NCBI GenBank assembly: GCA_963830915.1
Contig: CAWHOE010000057.1
Location: 32,001-96,000 of the forward strand
Direction of reading: 5' to 3'
Length of the DNA: 64,000 nt
Source of the DNA: a candidate division FCPU426 bacterium
Lineage (GTDB): Bacteria > Oederibacteriota > Muellerivitia > Muellerivitales > Muellerivitaceae
The notes beneath the pieces were generated by a model. That model made no database searches and was not told the DNA's origin. It worked only from the letters and a program-made list of their open reading frames with translations. Position numbers and translations under genes: made by a program. This document shows positions 1 through 10,416 of the stretch, in pieces. The first letter of the stretch is position 1; each line of letters begins with the position of its first letter.

Positions 1-3000
1 ACGGCGACCATCACTTCCACTCCGACGGTCACGCCCACGGGAACATTGCCGCCCACCTACACCCCAACCATTACGGGGACCGCGACGAGTACCTCCACCT
101 TCACCCCTCTGCCGACCGACACCTTCACCATCACGCCCACCCCCACCCCGCCGGAAGCCTGGAACTGCCTCAGCCTCTGGCAGTCCAGCGACACCGACCC
201 CTGGGGGATGGCCGAGGATTCCACGGGCACTTATCTCTACGTGGCGGACGGGGCCAACAGCAGTATCGACGTGTTCAGCGTATCCACCGGGGCCGAGCTG
301 GCCAACTGGACCGTTCCGGTTGGTTCCAACGGCAGCGGCTTTCCTTTCGGGGTCGCCGTGGATACCGCGGGAAAAGTTTATGTGACCGACACCAACAACA
401 ACCAGGTGGATGTTTCCTGGGGATATAACACCGGCCACGCCACAGGTGCCAGCATCAATCAATGGGGGAGCGCCGTGCTGAATACCCCCTGGGGCATCGC
501 CGTCAACGCGGCCGGCACCACGGTTTATGTGGCCGACAATGGCGACACAAGGGTGGCTTACTTCAAGGCAAATGGGACCGCCCTTGGCGAATTCGGCGGG
601 CCAGCCGACGGCAGTCCGGTGACTTTCAGCAGTCCCACCGGTTTGGTCTATGACTCCACCGGAAATGTTTGGGTAGGGGACGATGTCACCGAACAGGTCT
701 ATGAGTTCACCGCCACCGGCGGAACGCTCGAAACCCAAATGGACGCGAGCAACGGGTTGAAGGGAAGCGAGTTCCTCGCCGTGGCCGACGGATATGTTTA
801 CGTGTCCGACGGGGCGGGGGATGTGGGCATCTATACCACCGGCGGAAGCATGATCGGCATCACGACCCAGGGAACTTCCAGTACTTTCATGGATACGGAG
901 GGCGTGGCCGGTGACAGCACCGGCAACTGGTTCGTGGCGGATAACATCAATGGACTTATCTATAAATTCAACATGAGCAATTGTTCGCTGACACCAGTGA
1001 ACACCTTTACGGGTACCCCCACGAATACGGGGACTAATACACCGACGGTCTTATACACTTCCACTTACACCCCTACAAATACGGCTACGAATAGCGCGAC
1101 TAATACCTCTACCAATACGGCCACCAACACTTCTAGTAATACGGCTACTGATACTGCCACCAATAGCGCGACTGCGACGCCCTCCAACACCTCAACCGAT
1201 AGCGCTACTAACACCGCCACCAACACCGCGACCAATAGCGCGACTAATAGCGCAACCGCCTCCCAGACCAATAGCGCGACAGCCTCCCAGACCAATACCC
1301 CAACATCAACAGCGACTGGGACTGCAACATCAACAGCGACTGGGACCGCGACGAATACCGCGACTAATACGGCGACTAATACGGCGACTAATACGGCTAC
1401 CAACACTTCAATCAACACCACCACGAATACTGCGACGGCTACGGCGACGAATACCGGTACCAACACAGCTACGGATAGCCCGACTAATACGGCGACGGAT
1501 TCGATGACGGATACACCGTCCCTCACCGTTTCGCCTACGGCTACGCCAACAGCGACTAACACCATTACCTACACGCCCACCATCACCTGTACCTTTACCG
1601 CAACGGATACAGGTACCGTTCCGCCAACCGACACGCCCACCGCCACCGGGACGAATACGCCCACAGGTACCCCCACCAACACAGCCACGAATACGGGGAC
1701 GGGAACCGCCACTCAAACCGCTTCGAACTCGGCTACTAGTACACCCACCGATACCCCAACGGATTCGACAACACCAACTTCGTCGGCTACGCCAACAACT
1801 ACTAATACCGCTGTGAATAGCGCTACGGATACCTGTACTAATACACCCAACGATACAGCGACGGATTCGGCCACACCAACAGGTACTAATACCGCTACGT
1901 TCTCGCCGACCATCACCTGTACCTTTACCGCCACGGATACTGGGACCGTGCCGCCAACCGACACCCCCACTGTCACCGCGAGCGAAACACCTTCCGATAC
2001 ACCTACCAACACCCCTACAACAACAATGACGGGGACGGCATCGAATACAGCGACGGATACGGCGACTGACACCATTACCTACACACCGACAATTACTTGT
2101 ACCTACACGCCTACCGTTACAGGAACCCTTCCGTCCACCAATACGTTCACGATCACCGCGACGAATACCGTCACCGACACACCCACCAATACAGCGACGA
2201 ATACCCCTACGGTTTCGATGACGCCATCGGCTACGCAAACAGCGACCAATACCCCAACTAATACCCCAAGCGCGACTCCCTCCAACACCCCAACCTATTC
2301 GATGACACCCGCGGTCACCAACACGGTAACCGCTACGGCGTCCATCACCGCTACCTGGACAACGACGTTCACCGCCACCAACACCTCGGTCAATACCTTG
2401 GCTTCCACCTCTACCCCAACACCTACCAATAGCGCGACGGCAAGCGCGACGCCCTCCAACACCCCAACCTATTCGATGACGCCTGCGGTCACCAACACCG
2501 CGACGGATTCGATGACGCCTAGCGCGAGTGCAACGCCCTCCAACACCCAAACAAACACACCAACATCCAGTTGGACAGCCTCCCAGACCAATAGCGCGAC
2601 AGCCTCCCAGACCAATACCCCAACATCAACAGCGACTGGGACAGCAACATCAACAACGACTGGGACACCAACATCAACAATGACGGATTCGACTACGCCT
2701 ACCGCCAGCTGGACCGCGACCCGCACCCCGACTCCTTTGGCCACATCCACTCCTACCAACAGCCCAACCGTCACCGCGACGGCGCAATGCGGGCAAGAAA
2801 CGGTCGCCATTTATGATGAGAGCGGGGAATTGGTTGGGAATTTCTGCGCGGGTATCATCTTCCCCATCGGGTCGACTTATTCGATGACCATCTCGCCTTT
2901 TAAGCCCAACCCGACCGGCGGGGGAGGGACTATCACGGTCTATTTGAACGGACAGGTCATCTGCGTCTGGAACGTGAAAAGTTTTACCTTCTTAACGGCA

Positions 3001-3393
3001 CCCAACGGGTTCTACCGCTTTGTCCTGGTAGTGCATGACCTAAGCGGAGCCACCATTACCCTGTCCCAAGACGCTTTTATCCTTACGAATGAGGGCCAAC
3101 CGACCATTCAACTATCGGCCTTACCCAACACGGCGCACCCGGGGGACACGGTCCAGTTCTACGCTTCGTTGAACGGCAACCCGGCCGATAGTCAAAGCGC
3201 CCTCAAGATCTATAGCATCGCCGGGGAATGGCTCAAGACCCTGACCTTCACCAATGGTAAAACCTCATGGGACGCCACTAACAAAGACCTTCAACCGGTC
3301 GCGTCCGGGGTCTACCTGGCGGTATTGGTAGGGGTCGACCCGAACACGGGGGTAAAGGGAAATAAGATCGTGAAGGTATTGGTACTTCATTAA
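1..3393 (+). CDS. Large surface/secreted protein, 5'-partial: NHL beta-propeller, very long Thr/Pro/Asn stalk, C-terminal FlgD-Ig/T9SS-CTD-like domain
   Basis: Frame is open from base 1; NHL motifs ([16 protein letters not shown]); TATNT repeats; C-terminus [16 protein letters not shown]...KVLVLH. Confidence 0.8.
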   Translation, partial: TATITSTPTVTPTGTLPPTYTPTITGTATSTSTFTPLPTDTFTITPTPTPPEAWNCLSLWQSSDTDPWGMAEDSTGTYLYVADGANSSIDVFSVSTGAELANWTVPVGSNGSGFPFGVAVDTAGKVYVTDTNNNQVDVSWGYNTGHATGASINQWGSAVLNTPWGIAVNAAGTTVYVADNGDTRVAYFKANGTALGEFGGPADGSPVTFSSPTGLVYDSTGNVWVGDDVTEQVYEFTATGGTLETQMDASNGLKGSEFLAVADGYVYVSDGAGDVGIYTTGGSMIGITTQGTSSTFMDTEGVAGDSTGNWFVADNINGLIYKFNMSNCSLTPVNTFTGTPTNTGTNTPTVLYTSTYTPTNTATNSATNTSTNTATNTSSNTATDTATNSATATPSNTSTDSATNTATNTATNSATNSATASQTNSATASQTNTPTSTATGTATSTATGTATNTATNTATNTATNTATNTSINTTTNTATATATNTGTNTATDSPTNTATDSMTDTPSLTVSPTATPTATNTITYTPTITCTFTATDTGTVPPTDTPTATGTNTPTGTPTNTATNTGTGTATQTASNSATSTPTDTPTDSTTPTSSATPTTTNTAVNSATDTCTNTPNDTATDSATPTGTNTATFSPTITCTFTATDTGTVPPTDTPTVTASETPSDTPTNTPTTTMTGTASNTATDTATDTITYTPTITCTYTPTVTGTLPSTNTFTITATNTVTDTPTNTATNTPTVSMTPSATQTATNTPTNTPSATPSNTPTYSMTPAVTNTVTATASITATWTTTFTATNTSVNTLASTSTPTPTNSATASATPSNTPTYSMTPAVTNTATDSMTPSASATPSNTQTNTPTSSWTASQTNSATASQTNTPTSTATGTATSTTTGTPTSTMTDSTTPTASWTATRTPTPLATSTPTNSPTVTATAQCGQETVAIYDESGELVGNFCAGIIFPIGSTYSMTISPFKPNPTGGGGTITVYLNGQVICVWNVKSFTFLTAPNGFYRFVLVVHDLSGATITLSQDAFILTNEGQPTIQLSALPNTAHPGDTVQFYASLNGNPADSQSALKIYSIAGEWLKTLTFTNGKTSWDATNKDLQPVASGVYLAVLVGVDPNTGVKGNKIVKVLVLH

Positions 3394-3481
3394 AGATACT
3401 TTTCCTGAATATGGGTCGCTTGCTTCCTTTGGGTTTATAATCACATTTATCTAAATAAGTATATTCAGCGAAGGAAAGCCT

Positions 3482-4699
3482 ATGTCCGACCAACCTATAA
3501 AGGTCTTCGAAACTAATCCCGGACTCAAGATAATCTTAACAATCGCTTTAGGATTCATTACCCTTCTAGTTATCACGGCTGGTATTTTCTTTTACTTCAT
3601 CTCAATTCAGGAACATGCCGGTGGAAGTGCTGATCTTCTTATACCTATTACCTGTGGTTTTGGCGCCTTAATCCTTATCTACGTCATTCTATCAATCCTA
3701 AAAGATAAAACGGAGATTTGGGCGGAGAGGATCCGTATCACCAAATTTTATAAAACCAGCCAAATGCTAAATGCCGATGTTTCTAATTTTGAGTTAATAC
3801 AAAATCGAAATGGTACCAGGGTAAAAGTTTTTGGGAAAGTGACTGAAAATTCTTTATTAGGCGGCGAGACCGAGAAAGATACCTTCATTATTTTGGCGCT
3901 GGTGGAATTCAAATCCTGGAATATCAGCATTGTCAGGGACCCAGTCGAGATCAAAACAAAAGAGGAACATAAACACGCCCTGGAAGATGAGAAATTAGGA
4001 AGCGATGAGACCGAAAGGAAAGAAACGCTTCAAAAGGCAAGGCGCTGGGGCAATATTTTGAACATTTCAATGATTGTGATCTCAGGATGGGGTTGGGTAT
4101 ATCCGAAACCCTATAGTTTGGTTGTTAGTCTTTTAATGATCATGCCCATCATCGCTTTTGGGGTTGTGATTCGTTTCAAAGGGGCCCTGCGTTTTGACGC
4201 TGGAACCAATAAGGTTTATACCTCTGTGGCCACTTTCCTTTATCCAATCGTGATCCTGGCACTACGGGCCTACTCGGATAGATTTATCATGGATCAAGAA
4301 ACAATGGTACTGCCCGTTATAATATTCACGCTCATTTTTGTGATCACGGCTTTTTATCTGTCGTTAGAGGTCAGAAATAATATTAGAGTCGCAGCTTATT
4401 TGTTGGTAGGATGCCTGCTTTTTGGATATGGAACATCTGTAATTCTGAACGACCTGTTGGATAAAGAACCATCCCGCAAATATGTTGCAACTGTGCTTAA
4501 TAAGCGATCATCACAAGGAAATAGGACCGTTTCGTACTATATGACCCTCGCGCCATGGGGGTCTCAATTGTTTCCGAGAGAATACAAAATTAGCAGTGAT
4601 GTCTATTACGATCCCAACAATAAATATTCCGTCCAGGTTCGCTTCTACAATGGCGCTTTCCATATTCCCTTTATCAAGTTTGAGGGAATGGGACAATAA
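3482..4699 (+). CDS. Multi-pass membrane protein, hypothetical
   Basis: 405-aa ORF, several hydrophobic segments, AT-rich, AAGGA RBS. Confidence 0.7.
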   Translation: MSDQPIKVFETNPGLKIILTIALGFITLLVITAGIFFYFISIQEHAGGSADLLIPITCGFGALILIYVILSILKDKTEIWAERIRITKFYKTSQMLNADVSNFELIQNRNGTRVKVFGKVTENSLLGGETEKDTFIILALVEFKSWNISIVRDPVEIKTKEEHKHALEDEKLGSDETERKETLQKARRWGNILNISMIVISGWGWVYPKPYSLVVSLLMIMPIIAFGVVIRFKGALRFDAGTNKVYTSVATFLYPIVILALRAYSDRFIMDQETMVLPVIIFTLIFVITAFYLSLEVRNNIRVAAYLLVGCLLFGYGTSVILNDLLDKEPSRKYVATVLNKRSSQGNRTVSYYMTLAPWGSQLFPREYKISSDVYYDPNNKYSVQVRFYNGAFHIPFIKFEGMGQ

Positions 4700-4735
4700 G
4701 TATTAAATAACCAACATGGCTCAGGTTAGTCTGCT

Positions 4736-5476
4736 TTATAGGCCGTATTTCGCGGCGTACAAATACATCATCGAAATGGTAAATAGATCGATGAGATAAT
4801 GGACGATGATCAGAGGCGTCACCCGCCGGGATTTTTGATAGTAATCAGAGAACAACAGAAAAAGTAAAAAGACAGGGATACACCTGAGCCAGCCTTGATA
4901 AAGATGATAGCCGGTCATGATCAAAGCGCTGGCAACAACTGCTATTTTCCCATTTCTCAGCCATGTGTTTAATTCCGTCATCAAAAATGCACGTATGATA
5001 AGTTCCTCAACGACCGCATTGGTCGCTACATACAACATCATGCCCCCAAATGGAGAATGTATGATTGCTGTTTGGAAAGGCGACGTAGATTGATTCTCGT
5101 ACCAGTTAGTACCTTTGATCTCGAAGTGAAAATAAAAATAATTCAAATAAGAGATAACAGACAAGATCACATAAATAGCCGCAAGATAAAGGAGCAAAAC
5201 AACCGTATCTTTCAGATCTTGCTTGGTAAAACTCAACCCCAGATCTTTGAAGCTTTGGCCCCGATCATATAAAAGGATAAAAAGAAAAGCGATGCAAACC
5301 AGATCAAAAGCTGTGTTGAAATTAGGATCGATGCGCTGTTCGAAAAATGATTTGCCTATATGAACATGGATTAAATATTGAAAACAACCCCAATAGGCCA
5401 TACCAAGGGCGGTGATTAAAAGCGAGACAGAAGGGATCCATCGCCTGCTGTTAAGCATATAACCGAAATATTTCAT
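4736..5476 (-). CDS. CPBP (CAAX protease/Abi) family intramembrane metalloprotease
   Basis: EELIIR motif, downstream H-x-Y-Q-G and HxxxD (HYLID); multiple TM segments. Confidence 0.8.
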   Translation of the reverse strand: MKYFGYMLNSRRWIPSVSLLITALGMAYWGCFQYLIHVHIGKSFFEQRIDPNFNTAFDLVCIAFLFILLYDRGQSFKDLGLSFTKQDLKDTVVLLLYLAAIYVILSVISYLNYFYFHFEIKGTNWYENQSTSPFQTAIIHSPFGGMMLYVATNAVVEELIIRAFLMTELNTWLRNGKIAVVASALIMTGYHLYQGWLRCIPVFLLFLLFSDYYQKSRRVTPLIIVHYLIDLFTISMMYLYAAKYGL

Positions 5477-5612
5477 GAATATAACCTTTGAAGAATACGA
5501 TAGGCAATTATCTAACTTTGGTAAGACGCAGAGAAGGGTTTTGTGGCATTGGGAATGATTAAATTCCTTTATTCCCAATATAGCTAATCCAACATTTATA
5601 AATTAATCACTT

Positions 5613-5645
5613 GTGAGTGACCCATGTGCGGACGATTTGCCTTAA
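5613..5645 (+). repeat. Orphan duplicate of the SRAP gene 5' end
   Basis: gtgagtgacccATGTGCGGACGATTTGCCttaa versus gtgagcaccctATGTGCGGACGATTTGCCcttaa at ~6059-6092. Confidence 0.8.
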
Positions 5646-5719
5646 TACACCATCATCTTAAACAGGCAAGATGTATTATTATGTGAACAAGGTTTTCAAT
5701 AAATATTGGGGAAGTCCTA

Positions 5720-6028
5720 ATGTTTATTCTCCTGTTTTGCTTGACCATTGCATTTGTTTTTGGAGGGTTTTTAAATTTATTTGTTTTATTTCGAATTAAT
5801 AAACTCTCACAGAAAATCAATAACTATTTGGGATCACGTTGGGCTTTATTGATGTTAACAACCGGATTAGGCGGGTTTTTATTTATCATTATTTGTTTTT
5901 TCATATCGTTATATATGGAATTTTCTTTAGAACATCGCTCCATATTATTGTCCTTCGGTATTTTCATTGGATGGATATTGGGTTTTTTCACAGGGCAGGC
6001 ATTGATTAAAGAACTTAAAAATAAGTAA
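5720..6028 (+). CDS. Small 3-TM membrane protein
   Basis: 102-aa hydrophobic, very AT-rich ORF flanked by direct repeats of the SRAP gene start. Confidence 0.55.
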   Translation: MFILLFCLTIAFVFGGFLNLFVLFRINKLSQKINNYLGSRWALLMLTTGLGGFLFIIICFFISLYMEFSLEHRSILLSFGIFIGWILGFFTGQALIKELKNK

Positions 6029-6069
6029 GCTAATATTGCCTTTCATGATTACGCTTCTGTGAGCACCCT

Positions 6070-6819
6070 ATGTGCGGACGATTTGCCCTTAAAACCCCTT
6101 CGGCCAAGATTGCCAAGCTATTCCATGCTGACTTGTTTGAGGAATTCAACGAACACTACAACATCGCCCCCGCCGCCAGAATTCCTGTAGTCCAGTTCGA
6201 TGCCGAAAAGAAAACCAGAGTCATCAAACGGGATTATTGGGGATTGGTCCCTTATTGGGCGAAGAACACCAAGATTGCCTACAGCACTATGAACGCCAGG
6301 GCCGATACGGTCGCGGAGAAACCATCCTTTAGGCGAGCATTCCAGAAGATGCGCTGTTTGATCCTTATGGATGGATTTTTTGAATGGGAAAGGTCTACAA
6401 AACCATCCCAACCCTATTACTTCAGCATGAAAGATGAGCAACCATTCGCTTGTGCCGGGCTATATGAGACCTGGAAAGTCCATTGGATAGATGAGGAAAA
6501 GGGTTCAGGTAAAAAAGTTACCTGGCCATTGAACTTGGGAGGAAGGGAATACAACCAAGGGGATATTCTAGAATCATGTTCCATCATTACAACCGAAGCC
6601 AATTCCTTGATGTCCAAGATCCATGACCGAATGCCTGTTATCCTCGATCCCAAGGATTTCGACACCTGGTTAGACCCGCAGAATCAGGACCAAGCCATCC
6701 TAAAGCCCCTTCTGAAGCCTTACCCACCCGCCAAAATGCAAATGTGGCCAGTCGCTAGGACGGTCAATAAGGTGGGGGATGATGATTCGGTGAATTGTTT
6801 GAAGAAAATTCAAATCTAA
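6070..6819 (+). CDS. SOS response-associated peptidase (SRAP/YedK/HMCES family)
   Basis: N-terminal MCGRF, YNIAP, WGLVP, NAR, GFFEW and HDRMP motifs. Confidence 0.93.
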   Translation: MCGRFALKTPSAKIAKLFHADLFEEFNEHYNIAPAARIPVVQFDAEKKTRVIKRDYWGLVPYWAKNTKIAYSTMNARADTVAEKPSFRRAFQKMRCLILMDGFFEWERSTKPSQPYYFSMKDEQPFACAGLYETWKVHWIDEEKGSGKKVTWPLNLGGREYNQGDILESCSIITTEANSLMSKIHDRMPVILDPKDFDTWLDPQNQDQAILKPLLKPYPPAKMQMWPVARTVNKVGDDDSVNCLKKIQI

Positions 6820-6883
6820 TATTTTTAGTTACCTACGAATAGCTTTTAATCTTGCTAACCCCCTTTGGAACCTGCTAAAAGGT

Positions 6884-6903
6884 AAGTATACAGCCGTATA
6901 CTT
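6884..6903. promoter_or_regulatory. Palindromic operator candidate upstream of umuD-like gene
   Basis: AAGTATAC-agcc-GTATACTT, perfect 8-4-8 inverted repeat about 22 bp before the ATG. Confidence 0.5.
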
Positions 6904-6925
6904 CCCGGTAATCCAAGGAATCCAG

Positions 6926-7384
6926 ATGAAAGCTACCTACATAGGCCCCCTCACAAGCTGTCCCGAAACCCTTATCCCTTTCTTAGAACCCCCTGTCCCA
7001 GCTGGTGCGCCTGGGCCACCAGAACATTACCGCGAAAAGCGCACAGACCTAAATAAGCTGTTTCTAGAACACCCGGACGATACCTATATATGGTCAGCCC
7101 GCGGCGGGTCTATGGAACCGGCCATCCATGATGGGGATTATTTGGTAATAGATCGATACCTAACCACCAAACCAGGGGATGTGATCATTGCTTTGGTGGA
7201 TGGGTGCCCTACTGTCAAAAAGGTCATGAAGAAGGATGACCAATTCTATCTACAACCAGAAAACCCCGACTACCAGCCCATACCCATCGACCCAGAGGAT
7301 GGGATAGGGTGCTGGGGGGTGGTTATCTATTCGATCCACCCCTTACGGGGCCCCCGCGAGATCCAACGTAAGCTAGGTCGTTAA
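6926..7384 (+). CDS. umuD: UmuD-like S24 peptidase, no adjacent umuC
   Basis: PVPAG cleavage-site-like motif, GGSM catalytic Ser, TVKK catalytic Lys, LQPENPDY, WGVV; no N-terminal HTH. Confidence 0.8.
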   Translation: MKATYIGPLTSCPETLIPFLEPPVPAGAPGPPEHYREKRTDLNKLFLEHPDDTYIWSARGGSMEPAIHDGDYLVIDRYLTTKPGDVIIALVDGCPTVKKVMKKDDQFYLQPENPDYQPIPIDPEDGIGCWGVVIYSIHPLRGPREIQRKLGR

Positions 7385-7582
7385 GGGCCGGTTTGATTGG
7401 CTAGACAGTAAAATAATTCCCAATAAATCCTGATGGCCCAATGGCCAATTTTTCCCTGTTTTTATTACCCCTGAAAACAGTTCAAGTATGGCTATCCCAC
7501 CCGCTTAGGTTTAACTCGTAAACCCCTTTTCATTTGACCCCCCTTTTTGGATTTTATATAAATGCCATGATTGGGAGGGAAC

Positions 7583-8077
7583 CCACTGGCATTTCGGGGC
7601 TGTCCACTGGCATCCCCACTGGCATTTAGGGGCTGTCCACTGGCATCCCCACTGGCATTTAGGGGCTGTCCACTGGCATCCCCACTGGCATTTCGGGGCT
7701 GTCCACTGGCATCCCCACTGGCATTTTGGGGTCGTCCACTGGCATCCCCACTGGCATTTCGGGGCTGTCCACTGGCATCCCCACTGGCATTTTGGGGTCG
7801 TCCACTGGCACTCCCACTGGCATTTAGGGGCTGTCCACTGGCATCCCCACTGGCATTTAGGGGCTGTCCACTGGCATCCCCACTGGCATTTAGGGGCTGT
7901 CCACTGGCATCCCCACTGGCATTTAGGGGCTGTCCACTGGCATTCCCGCTGGCATTTCGGGGCTGTCCACTGGCACTCCCACTGGCATTTAGGGATTGTC
8001 CACTGGCATTCCCGCTGGCATTTCGGGGCTGTCCACTGGCATCCCCACTGGCATTTTTGGGTCGTCCACTGGCAACT
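7583..8077. repeat. Tandem array, 15 x 33 bp, with 30 CCACTGGCA boxes
   Basis: Unit CCACTGGCATTT(A/C)GGGGCTGT-CCACTGGCATCC; boxes alternate at 21- and 12-bp spacing; no unique spacers. Confidence 0.95.
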
Positions 8078-8144
8078 AAAGGAGTCGTCGGTTATCCAGT
8101 TTGGTTTGATATAAGACTGAAAATTATCCTATAAGGAGCTATGT

Positions 8145-9626
8145 ATGGCTTTAATAAGACCTGAATCCAATGATTGGTTAGATCAGATTTCTGTTCTTGA
8201 AGACTTAATTAACAAAAATTCATCGATTACACGGGAAGATCAAAAAAAGGCCCTAAATCTCAAAGATAGTCAAATTACTAATTTAAAATCAATCATGGCC
8301 TGTTTCGATAAGGCCGCACGCGATCGGGTCCGACAAGCGGCTCTGGCCAAACCGCCTTATATTCTTTCTTTTAGTAACGCAGTAACCCTTGCACGTTTAA
8401 AAGGCCGTATTCCAAACTTATCAAAGACTGTAAATGAAGTACTGGATGTGGTCTTTGAACGCCAGTTTGCAACGAAGGAAATAAGAGCTTTGGTCATTTG
8501 GGTTATTAACGGCAACTCGGCTAAGACTTTTGACCCCGAAAACATCGCCCCCGAAGTAACACCTACCCCTAAGCTTAAAGCAACGGAATCAACAACCTCT
8601 AAACCTGCAACCGCTCCCAGTTCAGAACCAATTGACCAGGATCAGGCTGAAGAGGGAAATGATGCACCTGTGCGGAGGTCACATACCGAGGCACGGGGTG
8701 TGGTTGTACCAATTCCCGATGAAGGAATTGGTAAAGAAGATACCGATACAGAAGTTGAACCCATCCAGCCATCCGCCAGCCTCAAGACAGGGAACTCCAA
8801 TAAGACAAAGGTATCTGGGAATAGCTCGTCTAAAGCTGACGTCGTGATACCCAAATTTATAATAAATATTTTTATGACGCCTATATTGTTCGTTTGGCAT
8901 GCATTCGTTCAGGCTCTTAAGATCATTGGCAAATACTTCCAAAAGTTTTTAGTGGGATTTTTTGTCGTGCTTATCCTTATCGGAATACTCTACGCCGTTA
9001 TTTGGGTAGGTTATGAACGCCTTTATAAACAACATAGTTTCCATTGGTGCTTTGAAACGATGGTTTCCTCTGTTACCAGTACGAATGACGAACCTAAAAC
9101 TGCTGAAGTTGCTAAGCCAGTAACCTCTGTTGCTGTTGCGCCTACGGTTCAGCCGCAAGTAAAGGTCCAACCGACAGTCCCGCCACCGGCTAAAGTTAAA
9201 GCTAAACAACAACCAACTAAAAAAGTTATTTATGCCACCGATGAAACTACCAAATTAGCGTTGGACTTCGTCAGTAATTACTACGGGGTTTCTTATAAGA
9301 ATCTAGACGACATGATGGACTATTTCCATAAATGGCTGAATGACAGTTACGAAGATACTTTTATGGATAAAGTCCTACCCAATGACAGAAGACATGAGAT
9401 CAAGGACCAGAAATTGGTTTTGTCCTTTAAACCAACCCAACCAGTCAAATATTTGAAGGAAGGATCGACCTGGGATGAGGTCTTGGTCCAGGGAACATTG
9501 ACCACCCGATGCGAAAAAGAAGAGGGAACCGTGACCGTTACCACAGAATCGGTATCCTTGGCCATCGGTGTGATGCATACCGGCAATTCGGATGGGCCGA
9601 TCTGCGAAGTGCGGGAAGTGGAGTAA
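8145..9626 (+). CDS. Hypothetical: ParB-like HTH region, low-complexity linker, TM segment, VirB8/TcpC-like C-terminal domain
   Basis: AAGGAG RBS; TREDQKKALNLKDSQITNL then LSFSNAVTLARL...TKEIRALV resembles the ParB HTH/post-HTH pattern; hydrophobic TM; DFVSNYYGVSY helix followed by beta-rich tail. Confidence 0.55.
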   Translation: MALIRPESNDWLDQISVLEDLINKNSSITREDQKKALNLKDSQITNLKSIMACFDKAARDRVRQAALAKPPYILSFSNAVTLARLKGRIPNLSKTVNEVLDVVFERQFATKEIRALVIWVINGNSAKTFDPENIAPEVTPTPKLKATESTTSKPATAPSSEPIDQDQAEEGNDAPVRRSHTEARGVVVPIPDEGIGKEDTDTEVEPIQPSASLKTGNSNKTKVSGNSSSKADVVIPKFIINIFMTPILFVWHAFVQALKIIGKYFQKFLVGFFVVLILIGILYAVIWVGYERLYKQHSFHWCFETMVSSVTSTNDEPKTAEVAKPVTSVAVAPTVQPQVKVQPTVPPPAKVKAKQQPTKKVIYATDETTKLALDFVSNYYGVSYKNLDDMMDYFHKWLNDSYEDTFMDKVLPNDRRHEIKDQKLVLSFKPTQPVKYLKEGSTWDEVLVQGTLTTRCEKEEGTVTVTTESVSLAIGVMHTGNSDGPICEVREVE

Positions 9627-9654
9627 TAGCCTTAGCCATTAATCGACATACAAG

Positions 9655-9683
9655 ACTTGAAATCACAATTTGTGATTTCAAGT
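9655..9683. repeat. Perfect palindrome (14-1-14) upstream of ORF6N gene
   Basis: ACTTGAAATCACAA-T-TTGTGATTTCAAGT. Confidence 0.85.
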
Positions 9684-9725
9684 GACAGAATGTTTTTTTG
9701 ACAATTTATCCAGCTTGAGGCGCGT

Positions 9726-10265
9726 ATGAAAAAAGATTTTAATGTTGAAACTGTCGCAAAACGGATTTTGTTCATTCGCGGTTTAAAAGTAATGTTAGAT
9801 AGTGAATTGGCTGAATTATTTGGCGTAAAAACGAAAGAGTTAAATAAAGCTGTTCAAAGAAATAAAGATCGGTTCCCACCGGATTTTATGATCCGCTTAA
9901 CCCCAGAAGAGATCCAAAACTTGAGGTTCCAATTTGGAACCTCAAGTTTACATGGCGGCCGACGATACTTGCCGTATGCTTTCACCCAAGAAGGGACTGC
10001 TATGCTTTCTGGGATTCTTCGAAGTCCGGTGGCTGTAAGGGCTAATATCGCGATCATGAGAGCTTTTGTTAAGGTGCGCGAGATATTGGAATCCCATAAA
10101 GATTTGTCCCGGCGGTTGGAGGAATTAGAAAGAAAGTTCAATGGCCATGATTACCAATTAAAAGCCGTCTTTGACGCGATCAGGGAATTGATGAAGGAAC
10201 CGCAAAAACCCAAACGACGGATAGGCTTTCTTGAGGAATCCAAGGCGGTTTATCGGGTTCGATAA
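9726..10265 (+). CDS. ORF6N (KilA-N-like) DNA-binding domain protein
   Basis: IRGLKVMLDSELAELFGV.TK.LNKAVQRN..RFP.DFM and PYAFTQEG.AMLSGILRS motifs; RRIGF tail. Confidence 0.9.
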   Translation: MKKDFNVETVAKRILFIRGLKVMLDSELAELFGVKTKELNKAVQRNKDRFPPDFMIRLTPEEIQNLRFQFGTSSLHGGRRYLPYAFTQEGTAMLSGILRSPVAVRANIAIMRAFVKVREILESHKDLSRRLEELERKFNGHDYQLKAVFDAIRELMKEPQKPKRRIGFLEESKAVYRVR

Positions 10266-10416
10266 GGGATCTTGGCCGAATTTATACCAAAACAGAGTGA
10301 AATAAAGATATACAACCTGCCTGTCGACCTGTCCTCCGTAGCTTTAGCGCAGGAGGAAACTTGAGCGTTAGTAAAGGTTAAGCGTAGGCAGACCATGTAC
10401 GTCCCTTTTGTTTATA

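Noticed and set aside
1065..2810. Antisense Val/Ala- or Arg/Gly-rich ORFs (also opposite leuS, holA and other genes)
   Set aside because: Shadow frames of Thr-rich or GC-rich genes on the + strand
7583..8077. CRISPR array
   Set aside because: Units are contiguous near-identical tandem repeats with no unique spacers, and no cas genes are present
7571..8134. 187-aa ORF (PLAFRGCPLAS)n as a real gene
   Set aside because: An open frame arises easily from a 33-bp unit; several frames are open and the start is a TTG with no convincing RBS
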